DNA of 64,000 bases from a virus: the IMG/VR virus record IMGVR_UViG_3300005573_000052; one strand, written 5' to 3'. The notes below the pieces were generated by a model. The model did not search any database and was not told where the DNA came from. It saw nothing but the letters and a program-made list of their open reading frames with translations. The position numbers were made by a program, and so were the translations under genes. Below are positions 44,379 through 53,952 of the stretch, one piece after another (the first letter of the stretch is position 1; the number at the start of each line of letters is the position of its first letter).

Positions 44379-45302
44379 ATGGCACAACAACAGGTTAATG
44401 CGGAAGCAACACTGGGCAACCCCAGTGCCTTAATCAGTTTGTATGAACTGGACGCGCGCTACATTAGTGCCGCAGGTCAACAATTCTTTTTCCATCCCGG
44501 AGTAAACGGGCTCCTGCAACCGGTCACGTATAATGGAATCACGTATACCCCTTATCCAGTCGAAATTACACAAATGGAAATGCCGGGTAATGGCAGTTTG
44601 CCTCGGCCCAAGGTTCGCGCCGCAAATATCAATGGTTTCTTGAGCCAGTTTCTGCTTACCGAAGGGGACCTTGTGGGAGCCAAGTTCATCCGTCGTCGCG
44701 TCTATGCACGCTTTTTGGACAATTCTAACTTCCCCAACAACGTCAATCCCTTCGGCACCCCGGACCCCACCGCCGCTTACGACGACGAAATTTTCTACAT
44801 CAATCGTAAGGTGACCGAGAATCAGGAACTAGTCGAGTTTGAATGTGTGACTCCACTCGAACTGGATAACGTTCAAATCCCCTATCGTAAGGTCCTCGGC
44901 ACGGTGTGTCCGTTCCGTTTTCGTGACGCCGAGACCTGTGGATATACGTCGTTCAACGCCGTGTGTGACCGGTTTGGCAAGACCTTCAGCGGGGCGGGAA
45001 CCTCAGGCTACGGATTTACCGGCATGGTTTATACCGGGGCGTGGAACAGTGGGGTGAACTACGGATCAGGCACGGTGGTAAGCATCGTGAGCCAGAATGA
45101 TTTCACGTATGGGCAGACATTCGTGTATGTGTGCCGGGTGGACAATACCAGCGGAATCAGCAATAACCCGCAGTTCAACACGACTAACTGGATTCCCGAT
45201 GCGTGCCCGCATAATCTGCTGGGGTGCGGACTGCATTATCCGAATGGACAGTTACCAGCGGGATTTTTTCCAGCGGTTGCAAGGCTTGCTTACGAGTCGT
45301 AA
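44379..45302 (+). CDS. Minor tail protein L
   Basis: ISLYELD, YTPYPVE, ARFLD..NFP, conserved Cys cluster. Confidence 0.9.
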   Translation: MAQQQVNAEATLGNPSALISLYELDARYISAAGQQFFFHPGVNGLLQPVTYNGITYTPYPVEITQMEMPGNGSLPRPKVRAANINGFLSQFLLTEGDLVGAKFIRRRVYARFLDNSNFPNNVNPFGTPDPTAAYDDEIFYINRKVTENQELVEFECVTPLELDNVQIPYRKVLGTVCPFRFRDAETCGYTSFNAVCDRFGKTFSGAGTSGYGFTGMVYTGAWNSGVNYGSGTVVSIVSQNDFTYGQTFVYVCRVDNTSGISNNPQFNTTNWIPDACPHNLLGCGLHYPNGQLPAGFFPAVARLAYES

Positions 45303-45346
45303 TACTGATTATTAACGCTTTACGATATGATCGCGCAGCAACACCC

Positions 45347-46078
45347 ATGAACACCCGCCTCAAGCACTCCATCATCGACCTCGCCCGCGCCACGCCGGAC
45401 TTAGAGGTGTGCGGGTTCATCTACCAGACTCTGGAGGGTCGCCCCGAAATCGCACCGTGTGTCAACGTGGCTGCAAATTCCGCCGAGGAGTTTGAAATCA
45501 GCCCGGACGATTACGTGCGCGTGAGCACCGAACTAGGCCATATCATTGGGGTATATCACAGCCATCCCAAGGGGCGCGGCGCGTTCAGCGAGGCGGACAT
45601 TGAGGCGGCTGGTGAATTCGCGCTGCCCCTGTATCTCTACGCAGTCGAGACCGGCGAATGGCTGGATTATATCCCGTCCACCTATCGGGTAGAACTGGAG
45701 GGGCGCACGTTCAGCGCCGGATTTGACGATTGTTATGGCACCGTCAGAACCTATTTCAGGCAGGAGTTGGGAGTGTATCTCAGTGACTATGATCGAGATG
45801 AGACCAGTGAAGATCGCAATGGCACCCAAATCCTCGAACGTTTTGCGGCGGAGGGCTTTGTGGAAGTGTCGGGAGGTCAACCCATCATGCTGAATGATGC
45901 GCTGTTGTTCAAAGCTCCCGGTTATACGACGCCCCAACACATGGGTGTTGTGCTGCCCGGAAATAGAATGCTCCACCACCAGATTGCGCGGCTGTCGCGG
46001 CTGGATGACTTGGAGGCGCGCTGGATGAGGCGGCTTGTCAAGGTGCTACGCTATCAAGGAAAAACTGTCACACCATGA
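45347..46078 (+). CDS. Tail tip protein K (JAB/MPN + NlpC/P60)
   Basis: EVCG, YHSHP...FSEAD, DCYG..R.YF, HMGV. Confidence 0.92.
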   Translation: MNTRLKHSIIDLARATPDLEVCGFIYQTLEGRPEIAPCVNVAANSAEEFEISPDDYVRVSTELGHIIGVYHSHPKGRGAFSEADIEAAGEFALPLYLYAVETGEWLDYIPSTYRVELEGRTFSAGFDDCYGTVRTYFRQELGVYLSDYDRDETSEDRNGTQILERFAAEGFVEVSGGQPIMLNDALLFKAPGYTTPQHMGVVLPGNRMLHHQIARLSRLDDLEARWMRRLVKVLRYQGKTVTP

Positions 46079-46878
46079 GTTCCACAGTTATCACTGCCGA
46101 CACTCAACCAGTCAACCCGAACCTGACGACCATCCATCTGGAAGGGGCGCTCGGGGCCAAGTTCGGGCGCATTTGGAGGTTGGATGTCAAGTCCACTGCC
46201 GAAGCCATCCGAGCCATCGACATCAATCTGCGCGGAGCGCTTCAACAATATCTAGCCGGTCCAGCTCGGAACAAATGGTATAAGATTGCGCTGCAAAAAA
46301 AGACGAACGTGATTGACCCGAAGGAGATTCAGCACCGGAGCGGTCGGTCGGACATCTGGATTATTCCCACCGTGCGCGGCGCGGGCAAGGGACTGGGCAA
46401 GATATTGGCTGGCATAGCTTTGTTGGCGCTCGTTTATTTCACAGGCGGTTTTGCGGCGGGTGTGGCCGGTTGGGGCAGCACCGCAGCGGGCTCTCTTACT
46501 TTTTTGGGACAATTGGCCGTAGGATTCGGCATTTCTCTCATCCTCGGAGGCATAGTTCAAGCCCTTACGCCAACTCCAGCCGAACCGCCCGACAACAAAA
46601 ACTCTTTCGTTTTTCCGGGTAGCACGGCTCCTACTGTTCAAGGCGTATGCGTGCCTGTGATTTATGGGCGTGCACTGGTGGCCCCGGTAGTGGTAGGAGT
46701 AGGACTAGATAATGACGACTTATCTACCGCTTCTTCGACTTCTCTCGGGGGAAGAGGAGAGGCTGATGTTATCACGATTAATAATGGAAATTCACAAGGG
46801 GGGGTTTATCAATATGTCGTAACCATTGAAAATCTTTACCAATATCCCGACCCAACCAAGCCCCCGGTCCCGGGTTAA
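46075..46878 (+). CDS. Tail assembly protein I
   Basis: LEGALGAKFGR...AEAIRAI; QGVCVPVIYG. Confidence 0.9.
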   Translation: MSSTVITADTQPVNPNLTTIHLEGALGAKFGRIWRLDVKSTAEAIRAIDINLRGALQQYLAGPARNKWYKIALQKKTNVIDPKEIQHRSGRSDIWIIPTVRGAGKGLGKILAGIALLALVYFTGGFAAGVAGWGSTAAGSLTFLGQLAVGFGISLILGGIVQALTPTPAEPPDNKNSFVFPGSTAPTVQGVCVPVIYGRALVAPVVVGVGLDNDDLSTASSTSLGGRGEADVITINNGNSQGGVYQYVVTIENLYQYPDPTKPPVPG

Positions 46879-46898
46879 CCATTTGACCATATTATCCC

Positions 46899-49800
46899 AT
46901 GGGTAACCCTGTTGAAGCCCCCAATAACCTTGTTTCCAACACCCGGTTGACTTTCCTCGACTTGTTGAGCGAAGGGACCATTGGCGGATTTTGGCCAGTG
47001 AGTGGCGTTTCCGGCAACAGCCCCCTGTGTTCGGTTTACTTTGACGGCGTGCCGTTGATGAATGGCGACGGCTCGACTAACTACAATCTGTCCGGTCAGG
47101 GTTTCCAGTTCGATTATCGGTCAGGCACGAGTGGACAGTTCGCCATTTCGGGATTTGATAAGCCGGAAACTTTTATCCCATTGCCTTCTAACACCCGGAC
47201 TTACAATCCGCCGACTGGTGCGGGTTACTACCGCCCCGTAGTTGCGGCATTTAACTCCACTCAGTATCCCGATGCAGAAGCGGTCAAGGTCACGGTAAGA
47301 GTTCCCGCCTTGTATGCCATAGACGACGATCAGAACACCAATACATTTAACATCTCTTATGGCATTGATGTGTCGCTTAATGGGGGGGAATGGCAGCCCG
47401 TGATGGGAGACACCATCTACGGCAAATGCACCAGCGATTATTTTCGCACCACTCTCTGTCCGTTACCCAAGACACCACCGCAAAACACCAATTCATGGAA
47501 GGTTCGTGTCCGCCGAACGAGTCAGAATATCCTATCCAGCCGGGTAGCTAATGAACTGTTCGTGCATGCCATCGCAGTAGTCTCCTCCAGCACCTACCGC
47601 TACCCCATGTCCGCACTGGCGGGCATTCAGATAACTGCCGACCAATTTGGAAGTATTCCGTCGCGAGCCTATGATATCAAGGGTATCAAGGTCGCGATTC
47701 CACAGGGCTATACTCCTACTCAGTATAATGTAACCGGCTCGTCGCCCATCACACCCGCCGTTTATCCGGCTGTCTGGGATGGCACGTTTGCGGCAGAAAA
47801 ACAGTGGACCGATAACCCGGCGTGGATATTCTACGACCTTATCACCAACAAGCGTTACGGTTTGGGCAATTACGTCCGCACCGAATGGATGGACAAGTGG
47901 ACTCTCTATCAAATCGCCCAGTTCTGCGACCAGATGGTGGATGACGGCGAAGGCGGATTGGAACCTCAATTTACTTGCAATGTAGCCATCACGCAGGCAC
48001 AGGACGCCTACACGTTGATGAACAATCTCGTGTCAGTGTTCCGAGGCATGCTCTATTGGGCGAACGGGCGCATTATCCCCGTGGGGTCCGAGACACGCTC
48101 GCCAGTTTTCAATTTCACCAATGCCAATGTGGTCAATGGCATGTTCAACTACTCGGACACTCCGCGCAACACGCGCAGCACGGTAGTTACGACCAAGTGG
48201 CTGGACCCACAAAACCAGTTCCGTCCCACCCCCGAACGCATCGAGGACACCGAAGGTATTGCCCGGTTTGGCTACGTGGAGAAACAAGTGGGATCATTTG
48301 CCTGCACCTCGCGCGGGCAGGCCATTCGCGGCGCGAACTGGATTCTCACGGTAGAACAGCAGTTGACCGAGACGGTGCTTCTCCAAACCGATCTTGAAGG
48401 CCTCTACATGCGGCCCGGTGACATCTTCGGGGTTTACGACAACTACCGCACCAACCAGCAGCAAGGCGGGCGCATCCTGTCGTTTGACTCCACGCGCAGC
48501 GGCATGGTATTGGACCGACAGGTTAATCTACAGCCCGGATTGACATATTTCATGTCCACGCTGGTGCCCAAGGCCACCTACACCGCCAGCGGTGACATCA
48601 CTGGGTCGGACCAGATTGACTTGATTCGTAACAGTCAGTTTGAAGTGCGGCGCGTCTATACCCCTGCCGGAAGTGGGTTGTCCACTATCACAGTCAGTGG
48701 GGCGTTTACCACGGGTCTGATGCCCGGCGCGCCCTTCATCCTGTCGGCCAGCGGCACCAACGCGACCATTTTTGACCAAGCCATCCAATACCGCTGCTTG
48801 GCCACTTCCGAACCCTCCAATGGTGTGACCGAGATATTGGGCGTGCGTTACCAGACCGGCATCAACACCTATGTCACGCGGAATTACTCGGCCGTTACCA
48901 CCCCGGTTATCAACGGCGATCTGACTCCGCCCGGCCCCGCGACCGGGTTGTTTGTTACCGGCGTGTCCGGCCTGATGGTAAACAACGCCTTCTACACCTA
49001 TGCCGCGCTGGTGTGGAGCGGGTCCAAGAGCGCCAATCTTGCCTATTACCGGGTGACCGGAATTGATCCCGGTGGAAGTCCCGTCCTGATTGGCCAGCCC
49101 CAAACCACCGGGATGAATTACTCGCTGCCTGTTACGGGCCGCTATGCCTTCCTTGTTGGCGCAGTCAATGCCAATGGAGTGGGGTCCGCGTTTACCTCCG
49201 GGTCGTTTACACTGGGTTCGGCCAATCCGCTGGGCGTCACGGCCCCCCTTTCGGGCATTTACATCATGCCTGAGGATAATGGGCTGGAAGGTGGCCCGGA
49301 TTACTACTACACCAATTCCTCAGGCGCGCCTACGGGCTATATTGGTCTGACCCCGACCTTTGTCTGGAACATCACCCAGACCAATGGGTATGACGAACCC
49401 ACCTCTCAGTTCATCTCGGGCTATCGTATCCGGCTGTTGAAACTCGGCAACGAGTCAACCAGTCTGATGAACAGCGATGTCTACATCAGCGGCAAGGAGA
49501 ACCAGAGCTACCAGATACCGGCGGGTTACCTGTATACTGGGTATACGGTTGCGCCTTTGCGCGGATTCACTTTCAGCGTGGATACGGTGGACAATTTTGG
49601 CAATACCCGGTCCGGGGCTCGCCTTGCGGTGAACAATGTCATTCCGCTGCCTCCTACGATTGAGCGTTTTCTGGGTTTCAACGGCGGCTTCAATTACACC
49701 ATCAACCCAACCGCCAACTCGGATGCAAGTGGTCTTGCTTTCTGGTGGAACAATAGCAGCGGCTTTACCCCCACATATGGCAACTACAATCTGGTTACCA

Positions 49801-50921
49801 ACAACATTGTCGGGACAGCAAATACGGACAAGACCAATCCGTATTATGTGTGGTATAGCATCTTGGATAATTTTGGAACCGGTGGCTCGTTGGCGACAAG
49901 CAACGATTACACTCCGACCATTCGCGGTCCCATTGCGATCAATCCCAATTCTGTCATCAGCGGGGTGACCAATTATGGATATACGCTGACTCCAGATGGA
50001 CGCATCAGTGGAATGGCGTCGATTGCGCCAACGGGCGGCGGGACGACCACACCATACGGGCGGTTTGACAAGTTGATTTTCGCGGGGTGCGATTTGCAGT
50101 CGGATAACTATGTGGCGGGGTTGTCGGGGTGGCTGTTGACGAGGAATGGTGTGTTTGAGGCGAACAGCGGACTGTTTCGTACGACGTTGGAGATTGGAAC
50201 CGGAGGAAACCGAATTCATATTGATACAAATGGATTGGTAGGTGGATATGGGGATACCGACGGATTAGATGTAAGAATTGGAAATCAAAATGGAATAGAT
50301 TCAGCCGCATCATTTACAGCTAATGTTTCGGGCAATTTTATGGGGCTATGGCAACCGTATCTCATTGGAGCGGTAAAAGGTTCATATCTATTCTTACAGA
50401 CGATAGGAAGTGGATATTCTACTTCAATGACTTACTTTGGAGGATTGTTTTTGGATAAGGCTCCACTAAACATTTCAACGGCTGATGTGACGGTGTCGAA
50501 TGGCAATATATATACATTTAATGGAAATGTGGCTTCTATTTATGGATATGTTTCTGGTCAATCCGGTCTCTTTTACAACGGCCTCTTCACCTCGGGCAAC
50601 TCCACCATCGGCGGAAACAGGCTCGAAAAACAGGGCATCACCCTCGGTTATAACCTTGACGACGTGTATGAGCCATACCTCAGGTTTCAGTCTGAACCGA
50701 GTCCGTTCAACGGCCTCTACAACGCCCGGATTTACCGGGAAGAGGGCAATGTTGGCAACCTGATTATGGAAAACGTGACGGGTGATATCTACCTGTCAAC
50801 AAGCAATTCGTCCTACTATGCCGCGTTTGGCACCTACGTGGGCACACCCGTGACCTCGGCGGGTTACATCACCATCAGGGATCAGGCGGGTAACCTGCGC
50901 AAGCTGATGGTGGGAACGTGA
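46899..50921 (+). CDS. Central tail fibre / host-specificity protein J
   Basis: DLLSEGTIGG, WTDNPAWIFYDL, EPQFTCN, SRGQAIR, FN3-like region. Confidence 0.93.
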   Translation: MGNPVEAPNNLVSNTRLTFLDLLSEGTIGGFWPVSGVSGNSPLCSVYFDGVPLMNGDGSTNYNLSGQGFQFDYRSGTSGQFAISGFDKPETFIPLPSNTRTYNPPTGAGYYRPVVAAFNSTQYPDAEAVKVTVRVPALYAIDDDQNTNTFNISYGIDVSLNGGEWQPVMGDTIYGKCTSDYFRTTLCPLPKTPPQNTNSWKVRVRRTSQNILSSRVANELFVHAIAVVSSSTYRYPMSALAGIQITADQFGSIPSRAYDIKGIKVAIPQGYTPTQYNVTGSSPITPAVYPAVWDGTFAAEKQWTDNPAWIFYDLITNKRYGLGNYVRTEWMDKWTLYQIAQFCDQMVDDGEGGLEPQFTCNVAITQAQDAYTLMNNLVSVFRGMLYWANGRIIPVGSETRSPVFNFTNANVVNGMFNYSDTPRNTRSTVVTTKWLDPQNQFRPTPERIEDTEGIARFGYVEKQVGSFACTSRGQAIRGANWILTVEQQLTETVLLQTDLEGLYMRPGDIFGVYDNYRTNQQQGGRILSFDSTRSGMVLDRQVNLQPGLTYFMSTLVPKATYTASGDITGSDQIDLIRNSQFEVRRVYTPAGSGLSTITVSGAFTTGLMPGAPFILSASGTNATIFDQAIQYRCLATSEPSNGVTEILGVRYQTGINTYVTRNYSAVTTPVINGDLTPPGPATGLFVTGVSGLMVNNAFYTYAALVWSGSKSANLAYYRVTGIDPGGSPVLIGQPQTTGMNYSLPVTGRYAFLVGAVNANGVGSAFTSGSFTLGSANPLGVTAPLSGIYIMPEDNGLEGGPDYYYTNSSGAPTGYIGLTPTFVWNITQTNGYDEPTSQFISGYRIRLLKLGNESTSLMNSDVYISGKENQSYQIPAGYLYTGYTVAPLRGFTFSVDTVDNFGNTRSGARLAVNNVIPLPPTIERFLGFNGGFNYTINPTANSDASGLAFWWNNSSGFTPTYGNYNLVTNNIVGTANTDKTNPYYVWYSILDNFGTGGSLATSNDYTPTIRGPIAINPNSVISGVTNYGYTLTPDGRISGMASIAPTGGGTTTPYGRFDKLIFAGCDLQSDNYVAGLSGWLLTRNGVFEANSGLFRTTLEIGTGGNRIHIDTNGLVGGYGDTDGLDVRIGNQNGIDSAASFTANVSGNFMGLWQPYLIGAVKGSYLFLQTIGSGYSTSMTYFGGLFLDKAPLNISTADVTVSNGNIYTFNGNVASIYGYVSGQSGLFYNGLFTSGNSTIGGNRLEKQGITLGYNLDDVYEPYLRFQSEPSPFNGLYNARIYREEGNVGNLIMENVTGDIYLSTSNSSYYAAFGTYVGTPVTSAGYITIRDQAGNLRKLMVGT

Positions 50922-50998
50922 CCGGATTTTGGTCTAGACACCTGATTCGCGCCGCCGGTTGACACGTTCACCCCAACTGATCTATAATTGACGTTGCC

Positions 50999-51292
50999 AT
51001 GACCGAGCAACCCCCCTCAGCCCCTCCTCTCACCCTCCTCTCCGCCTTCGCATCCCAGTTCAACAAGGACTTGGCGGGATTCGATGCCAAGACGAAGGAG
51101 GCCGAGGAGCGCATTACCCAGCTTCGTGCCCAAATCGCCGAACTGGAGAAGCAACTGGTCGCGCTGGCGGGTGGACGGACCTATTGTGAGTATTGCTTAG
51201 CCGAAACGCGCCGGTTGGAGGCAGAGGCGAAGACAGGTCAAGTTGCTGCTTCCGATTCGCGCGGGCCGGGCGAAACTGGCACAATCGCCTAA
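50999..51292 (+). CDS. Small coiled-coil protein
   Basis: Promoter TTGACA-N18-TATAAT at 50959-50988. Confidence 0.65.
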   Translation: MTEQPPSAPPLTLLSAFASQFNKDLAGFDAKTKEAEERITQLRAQIAELEKQLVALAGGRTYCEYCLAETRRLEAEAKTGQVAASDSRGPGETGTIA

Positions 51293-52392
51293 CTGGCCGC
51301 GCCGCCGGAAAAGATGAACCCGTTGGGCGAGCCGATAAGTCCGCGCCACGTAAACCGGACGCTGTCCATGGGACCGATAGAGCTGCTAAAGGATTGATTG
51401 GCTAGGCGCAGTTGGTCGGTGTAAAACCCGAACAGTGTGGTTCCCGCGCATGGCTTGCGCACGATGAGGTTGACCTGCATACCACTACCCAGACAGTCGA
51501 TGCGCTGGAGCTGGTCGGCCTGATAGCGCGAAACCACGGCCTCAGCAGTCAGCTCTACCGTCAATGGCCAGATAGTCGTGCGATTGGGCGGATAGACGAA
51601 GCCTAGCGGGCGCAATTCCTGCCGGTTCGCCGTGACACTCAGATTGCAAGACTGGAGATAGCACGCCTGTTCACCCGAGAAGACGGTGGCGAAGGCGGTG
51701 GTGGGGGTGTTGAGCGGTGTGCCGGGCGGAAGAGGGAACTGAAGCAACAGGTCCTTGGCCCCGACCGCCGCGACCAGCTCGTTGTCTGGGTCGTATTGGG
51801 GGGTGGCGGGGGGAAGAAGGAATATCCCGGTGGACTGCGCTCCATCCTGAGCATTGACGGTAGGGACGAGATTGCCTCCGGTGGGCATTCCGGTGTAGAG
51901 AAATGCGGATAGACAGGTAAGCGATGCGGCTGACTGGACAATGCTGCCGACCTGCGCGGACAGATTGTAGGTGTTGAACAGGCCTTGGGAGAATGCCACG
52001 ACCGTTCGTTCTGTTCCGGTCACCCCAATCAAATCCGCCCCCTGCTCGTTGTTGATTCCGACGTAGTAGTTCTGCTCCACGTCCACGTTGGTCAGCCCCG
52101 TGTAGTAGGGGTTGGTAAGGACGCCGAGCCCCACCGCCGCTTCATTAGCCCCGTCCGTATCATACCATGCGATGTTGAGGCTGACCGGGGTATAGGTATT
52201 GAGAGATGATTCGGTCCCAGCGTCCAGATAGGCCACCTGTTCCAGCGGGTAGTCGAGGGACCAAGAGGCCTCCTGCACGCGCGCGAGCTGAAGAAAGTTG
52301 CCCGAGTAAGACTGGTCGGATGCGGCCCCGCTGATGGAACAGTAGACGGCCTTGCTGGAGTAGCGTTCGTAGCCGGGGGAGGAGAAGGACAT
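51289..52392 (-). CDS. Tail tube-like paralogue 3
   Basis: LARVQEASWSLDYP; LSVTANRQELRPLG...WPLTVEL parallels the 32585 protein. Confidence 0.65.
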   Translation of the reverse strand: MSFSSPGYERYSSKAVYCSISGAASDQSYSGNFLQLARVQEASWSLDYPLEQVAYLDAGTESSLNTYTPVSLNIAWYDTDGANEAAVGLGVLTNPYYTGLTNVDVEQNYYVGINNEQGADLIGVTGTERTVVAFSQGLFNTYNLSAQVGSIVQSAASLTCLSAFLYTGMPTGGNLVPTVNAQDGAQSTGIFLLPPATPQYDPDNELVAAVGAKDLLLQFPLPPGTPLNTPTTAFATVFSGEQACYLQSCNLSVTANRQELRPLGFVYPPNRTTIWPLTVELTAEAVVSRYQADQLQRIDCLGSGMQVNLIVRKPCAGTTLFGFYTDQLRLANQSFSSSIGPMDSVRFTWRGLIGSPNGFIFSGGAAS

Positions 52393-52433
52393 GGTGGCGT
52401 GGGCTTAGTCGCGCGAAACGGGCGCGTCCCCGG

Positions 52434-52955
52434 TTAAGGCCAAATATAAGCCTGTGACCAAATGGGTCCCAAAATTGAGTAATAGGACACGTCGCGCGGC
52501 ACGTTGGAATTTTGCACATTTTCCACGTATTGGTTAACCAATTGACGCAACACCCTATTGGCTTCGACGGACATGTCCATATAGACCTTGCCGATGGAGG
52601 CGGCGTTGACCTGTGTGACCACACCGTCGCCTTCCCGCACGCTCTGCCACGGGATGGTGCTTCCACCTACACCCATGGTGGCCTGACTAAGTGACGAGTA
52701 ATACGAGGTTACAAACATAGCCCCAACAATTGCCATCTCGGCAGCAAAGAGCTGTGGGGTCACATCATAGTTGACTGAACCAGCTCCGGTATAGCCCGAG
52801 CCAGAGTAACAGGTCGAGATATAGGTGTTCAGACGCCCGATGGTGTTGGGCTGGCAAGCATAACCGGAGATGGTCAGAGCCGAGAGATTGGCGGGGCTAC
52901 CAAGGTCAATCCAGAGACCAGTTGACCAGAGTCCGATGAAATCGCTGCTTAGCAT
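52434..52955 (-). CDS. Head-tail adaptor-like protein
   Basis: Downstream of the capsid gene; late motif at 53026; assigned by position. Confidence 0.5.
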   Translation of the reverse strand: MLSSDFIGLWSTGLWIDLGSPANLSALTISGYACQPNTIGRLNTYISTCYSGSGYTGAGSVNYDVTPQLFAAEMAIVGAMFVTSYYSSLSQATMGVGGSTIPWQSVREGDGVVTQVNAASIGKVYMDMSVEANRVLRQLVNQYVENVQNSNVPRDVSYYSILGPIWSQAYIWP

Positions 52956-53084
52956 GATGGGAATGGGGCTGAAGAAGGGGAAAGGAAAAAGGGTGGGAAT
53001 CGACCCATGAGTCAATCCACCCCTCTATACACCCCTCCCGTCCGCGCGAAAGGGCAAATCAGGCACTACCTAGGGGATGTGTGC

Positions 53085-53321
53085 CTAGCTCTTGAACCAG
53101 ATAGCGGCGTCACCCAATGCCCGGACAAGCCAGTTATCCGGTTTGGACAACCAGCTAACCACCTGAAACGGAATGAGCACGGGTGCGGCGGCGACCCAGA
53201 ATAGGCCCTGTTTCCACCAGCGCGCGAACGGTTGGGGTAGTTGCTCGATGGCGAGGTAGAGGGCGGAGGCGACCCCAATCCAGATGAGAACGGCGAGGAC
53301 GAAGAGAATGGTGGAAATCAT
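53085..53321 (-). CDS. Small membrane protein
   Basis: Two hydrophobic segments. Confidence 0.55.
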   Translation of the reverse strand: MISTILFVLAVLIWIGVASALYLAIEQLPQPFARWWKQGLFWVAAAPVLIPFQVVSWLSKPDNWLVRALGDAAIWFKS

Positions 53322-53334
53322 GGGTGAAAACGGG

Positions 53335-53865
53335 TTAACGGTTGAGAAGTTGGCGGCGAATGGCATTCTGTGCGTCAATCTGCTCCTGTGTGAATCGGGA
53401 GGAACGGGGGACGACCACCCGGGCGGTCGCAGTCCACTCGGTCTGCAACCGCTTAATCAGGCGCTCCTTGTCGTCAATGGGGACTAGCTTGGCTTCCTCG
53501 ACAGCGTGGCGATGAAGCTCGGAGGTGCTGAGCCCGCGCAGATAGGCGGTGTAGTCGGCCATGGTGGTATAGTGAGACATCGAGGCCTTGGAGACCGATT
53601 GGGCCGAGCGGGTGAGCTGGGCCACGTTGGTGATGGGGCCGTTGCCAAGGATGGTGACGGCACCGTGAGCTTGATGGGCGGGCTGTTTGGCTCCGGTGGA
53701 AGATTGGGTGGACGGGGTAGCTGCACCATCGACGGAAGAGGCGGACGCTACGGTTTCGGCAACGGAGGGTGACGGAGCCGTGGTCAGCGCGCCATTTGAT
53801 TCGATAGGGGTGGAACGGGCCTTGTTCGCGCGGACGCGACGGGGAGCGGGGGAGGAGTTAGCCAT
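53335..53865 (-). CDS. Hypothetical late protein
   Basis: Helical C-terminal domain; AAGGT leader. Confidence 0.6.
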   Translation of the reverse strand: MANSSPAPRRVRANKARSTPIESNGALTTAPSPSVAETVASASSVDGAATPSTQSSTGAKQPAHQAHGAVTILGNGPITNVAQLTRSAQSVSKASMSHYTTMADYTAYLRGLSTSELHRHAVEEAKLVPIDDKERLIKRLQTEWTATARVVVPRSSRFTQEQIDAQNAIRRQLLNR

Positions 53866-53952
53866 GGGATGAGGATTGATGATGGATGTTAACCTTGACC
53901 TGCCGGGAAACCTAGAGCCGGGAATGGCTATAAGTGGCAGGATAGGATACAC

